NCBI GenBank assembly: GCA_035695445.1
Contig: DASRSI010000009.1
Span: forward strand, 9,974-73,973
Source: Candidatus Cybelea sp.
Lineage (GTDB): Bacteria > Vulcanimicrobiota > Vulcanimicrobiia > Vulcanimicrobiales > Vulcanimicrobiaceae
Length of the DNA stretch: 64,000 nt
Direction of reading: 5' to 3'
The notes under the pieces were generated by a model. It worked only from the letters and a program-made list of their open reading frames with translations. It searched no databases and was not told the DNA's origin. Positions 61,977-64,000 of this stretch are shown here, piece after piece. A program made the position numbers and the translations under genes. Within the stretch, counting starts at the first letter, position 1, and each line of letters opens with the position of its first letter.

Positions 61977-64000
61977 ATCGTCACTTGATAGTAGAGCCGG
62001 AACGAGATCGGTGCCTCATTCGGATAGGTGAGATAGGGCTGGTTGCCGTGCGCCGAGACGTCCGGCGGCGCGTATGGCGCGGTGGAATAGGTGCACGGCG
62101 CGTTGCCGCTCTGGAGACCCGACGTCACCGGCGCGCCGTAGCAACCGTTGTAGACCGGCACGTTATAGAGGTTGTTGAAGAGATTGACGACCTGCAGGCC
62201 AAAGACCGACTGCGCGATACCGCGCGTCATCGGGTGAAACTCAATCGTTAAGTTGGCATCCACGCGCGGCGCCGTGTAGAAACCGCCGGGCAGGCCCCGT
62301 TCGGCGATACCGCGAGTCGCGGCAATATTCGGCTTGGTGCACGATCCCGGATCGAGCGGGTCGATATAACCCGGCGTATTGGAGTAGAGCATGCCCAGGC
62401 TCGTGTTGGGGACGACCACCGGAATGCCGTTGCAGTAAATCGCCGTGTAGTAACCTGCGCCGTACGGATAGCCGGAGTTGGCGTAAATCACCGGATTGAA
62501 ACGCCAACCGTGTGAGTTGCGATAGTTGAACGCCGCGTTGAGCTGAAACGGCGAGAGATCGGGCGAGCGATAGACTTCCCCCACCGCGAGTGCCGCCGGT
62601 TGCAGGAACGTACCCGGCGGCTCGTTCCCGAACTGGCTGATGTAGGTCGCGCCGAGCTGCATCGAGAGCCCCAACGTAAGTTCTCGATTGTAGAGGGCTT
62701 CGATGCCGTAGGCCTTTTGAATGCCTTCGTTCGAGTACTGGACGTTGTTGAAAACGGGCGAGCCGGTTTGATAGTTGAAACCGACGATCTGCGCGGTCTG
62801 CTCGATCACGTTGTACCCGTGACGGTAAAACGGCGTGACTTTCATCGCCGATCCGTCGTGAAACTCGTGGGCCCACGAAATATCGACGTTGGTAAAGGTC
62901 GCTCCCACGAGGGGTGCCTCGAGCGTCGAGCTCCCGAAGCGATAGTCGCGCGTCAGCCAATAGAGCTGATCGCCGTAGTTGGCGCAGCGCTGATTGGCGA
63001 GTGGCCCACAATAGAGCGCCGCTTTGCCGGTGTCGTTATCGTATGAGGGAATATTCGCGAACGGCGCATACGGCGCGCGGCTGACGTCGCTGGCTATGAG
63101 CGATGGCAGCGGCATCGAGAGCGTATGCCCGAAGCCCAAGCGGATCGTGTCGCGATTATCCATGGCATCCGAGATGTCGAAGTGCGGCTCGTAGAGCCGC
63201 TGGTGTTCGGCTGCCGGAATCGAAGCCGGCGCGCCGGCCTGAAGCGGGATCTGGAAGTTGTAACCGTCCAGCCGCAGACCGGCCATCGCCTTCCAGCGAT
63301 TGCTCATCTCCAGCGTATCTTGCAGATAGAGGCCGTACTGCTGCTGCGTGACGGTCTGCACGTCTTCCTCAAACGGAAAGCGCACGCCGCCGGGAAAGTA
63401 CGAGAATAAATATCCGCAACCCGAGATTTGCTGCTGCGCGCAGAACGCCGGCGACATGAAGTCCTTCTCCAGTCCCGCCGCCGCAAACGGATTGTTATTT
63501 GGCAACAGGCCGGTGTAGGTATACGGCAGCGGCAGCGGCTGGAGCGGATGCGTGATCGGGTAGGTGATAATGTTCGCCGGGGTCGTGAACGCGGTGTACG
63601 ACGTAAAATCGTAGCGATTACCGTAGGGCACCACGTATTCGTAGATCCCGCCGTACTTCAAGGTGTTTTTCGTGCCGATCTGCGTCGTACCATCGATCTG
63701 TCCGGCGGTGCGCGTGCCTCCAAACGGCTGCGCGAAGATCCCTTGCGCGGGCATGTCTTGATTCTGTCCGGAGAACGTGCGCCAGAAGCGAGTCGTCAAT
63801 AATGTCGACGCTCCTAAGTTGACGTCATATTCGCCCTTATAGGCGAGGAACGGACTCTTTCGCTCGTCGGCCTGCGAGACGAACGCATACGTATTGGGCT
63901 GACCCGGAAAGAGCGGGATCAGACTATTGCAGGCGTAGTTTTGAGGCGCGGAGTTGACCGGCACGCCGTTGGGACCCTGAACCGGATAGGGCGCGCACTT
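61973..64000 (-). CDS. Outer-membrane beta-barrel protein, TonB-dependent-receptor-like (5' end outside the window)
   Basis: The reading frame stays open to the window edge. It is aromatic- and Gly-rich with alternating beta-strand patterning (YGIEALYNRELTLGLSMQLGATYISQF, FNYRNSHGWRFNPVIYANSGY). Plug domain and TonB box, if present, lie outside the window. The terminal residue is Ile rather than the usual aromatic. Confidence 0.45.
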   Translation of the reverse strand, partial: KCAPYPVQGPNGVPVNSAPQNYACNSLIPLFPGQPNTYAFVSQADERKSPFLAYKGEYDVNLGASTLLTTRFWRTFSGQNQDMPAQGIFAQPFGGTRTAGQIDGTTQIGTKNTLKYGGIYEYVVPYGNRYDFTSYTAFTTPANIITYPITHPLQPLPLPYTYTGLLPNNNPFAAAGLEKDFMSPAFCAQQQISGCGYLFSYFPGGVRFPFEEDVQTVTQQQYGLYLQDTLEMSNRWKAMAGLRLDGYNFQIPLQAGAPASIPAAEHQRLYEPHFDISDAMDNRDTIRLGFGHTLSMPLPSLIASDVSRAPYAPFANIPSYDNDTGKAALYCGPLANQRCANYGDQLYWLTRDYRFGSSTLEAPLVGATFTNVDISWAHEFHDGSAMKVTPFYRHGYNVIEQTAQIVGFNYQTGSPVFNNVQYSNEGIQKAYGIEALYNRELTLGLSMQLGATYISQFGNEPPGTFLQPAALAVGEVYRSPDLSPFQLNAAFNYRNSHGWRFNPVIYANSGYPYGAGYYTAIYCNGIPVVVPNTSLGMLYSNTPGYIDPLDPGSCTKPNIAATRGIAERGLPGGFYTAPRVDANLTIEFHPMTRGIAQSVFGLQVVNLFNNLYNVPVYNGCYGAPVTSGLQSGNAPCTYSTAPYAPPDVSAHGNQPYLTYPNEAPISFRLYYQVTI

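Noticed and set aside
1-64000. Search by eye for tRNA/rRNA genes, riboswitches (for example upstream of kup or Nramp), transposases, integrases, phage or defence-system genes.
   Set aside because: The intergenic regions are mostly under 200 bp and show no tRNA-like T-arm or acceptor features. The kup and Nramp leaders are too short for known riboswitches. No ORF has transposase, integrase, Cas, toxin or restriction motifs. The paralog array therefore appears to have arisen by duplication rather than by recognisable mobile elements, apart from the REP-like repeats.

Overview
GC-rich bacterial chromosomal segment, compactly organised, with many overlapping stop/start junctions. I recognised no rRNA, tRNA, CRISPR array, transposase or integrase. 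The main feature is an array of 18 intact paralogous phosphoesterase-family genes (Pfam PF04185-type, Francisella AcpA acid phosphatase / phospholipase C-like) between about 2.1 and 39.9 kb. Every copy has a lipoprotein signal peptide. They fall into three sequence clades, here called A (5 copies), B (7) and C (6). Between them sit a type III polyketide synthase plus sulfotransferase pair, four tandem sedolisin-like (S53) lipoprotein peptidases, an MBL-fold hydrolase, and several beta-propeller-like lipoproteins of unknown function. A short REP/MITE-like repeat (CCTTCGACTACGC...GCTACGCTCAGGATGACA) occurs at least six times, four of them in frame inside lipoprotein linker regions. The right third of the window holds ordinary genes: a DUF4097 protein, a truncated GT4 glycosyltransferase, an MgtC/DUF4010-like membrane protein, Nramp, Kup, small stress proteins and a LuxR/LAL regulator. 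It also holds a PQQ-like propeller lipoprotein, a ba3-type cytochrome oxidase (including a 37-codon subunit IIa-like ORF absent from the ORF track), and a six-gene minus-strand string. That string links an outer-membrane beta-barrel, lipoproteins, an oversized PstS-like phosphate-binding lipoprotein and a DUF4397 protein. Taken together this looks like a large cell-surface organophosphate and nutrient scavenging island, but that reading is inference. Many long ORFs in the track are antisense or out-of-frame shadows typical of high-GC DNA and were not called. All family assignments rest on motifs read by eye; no searches were run.
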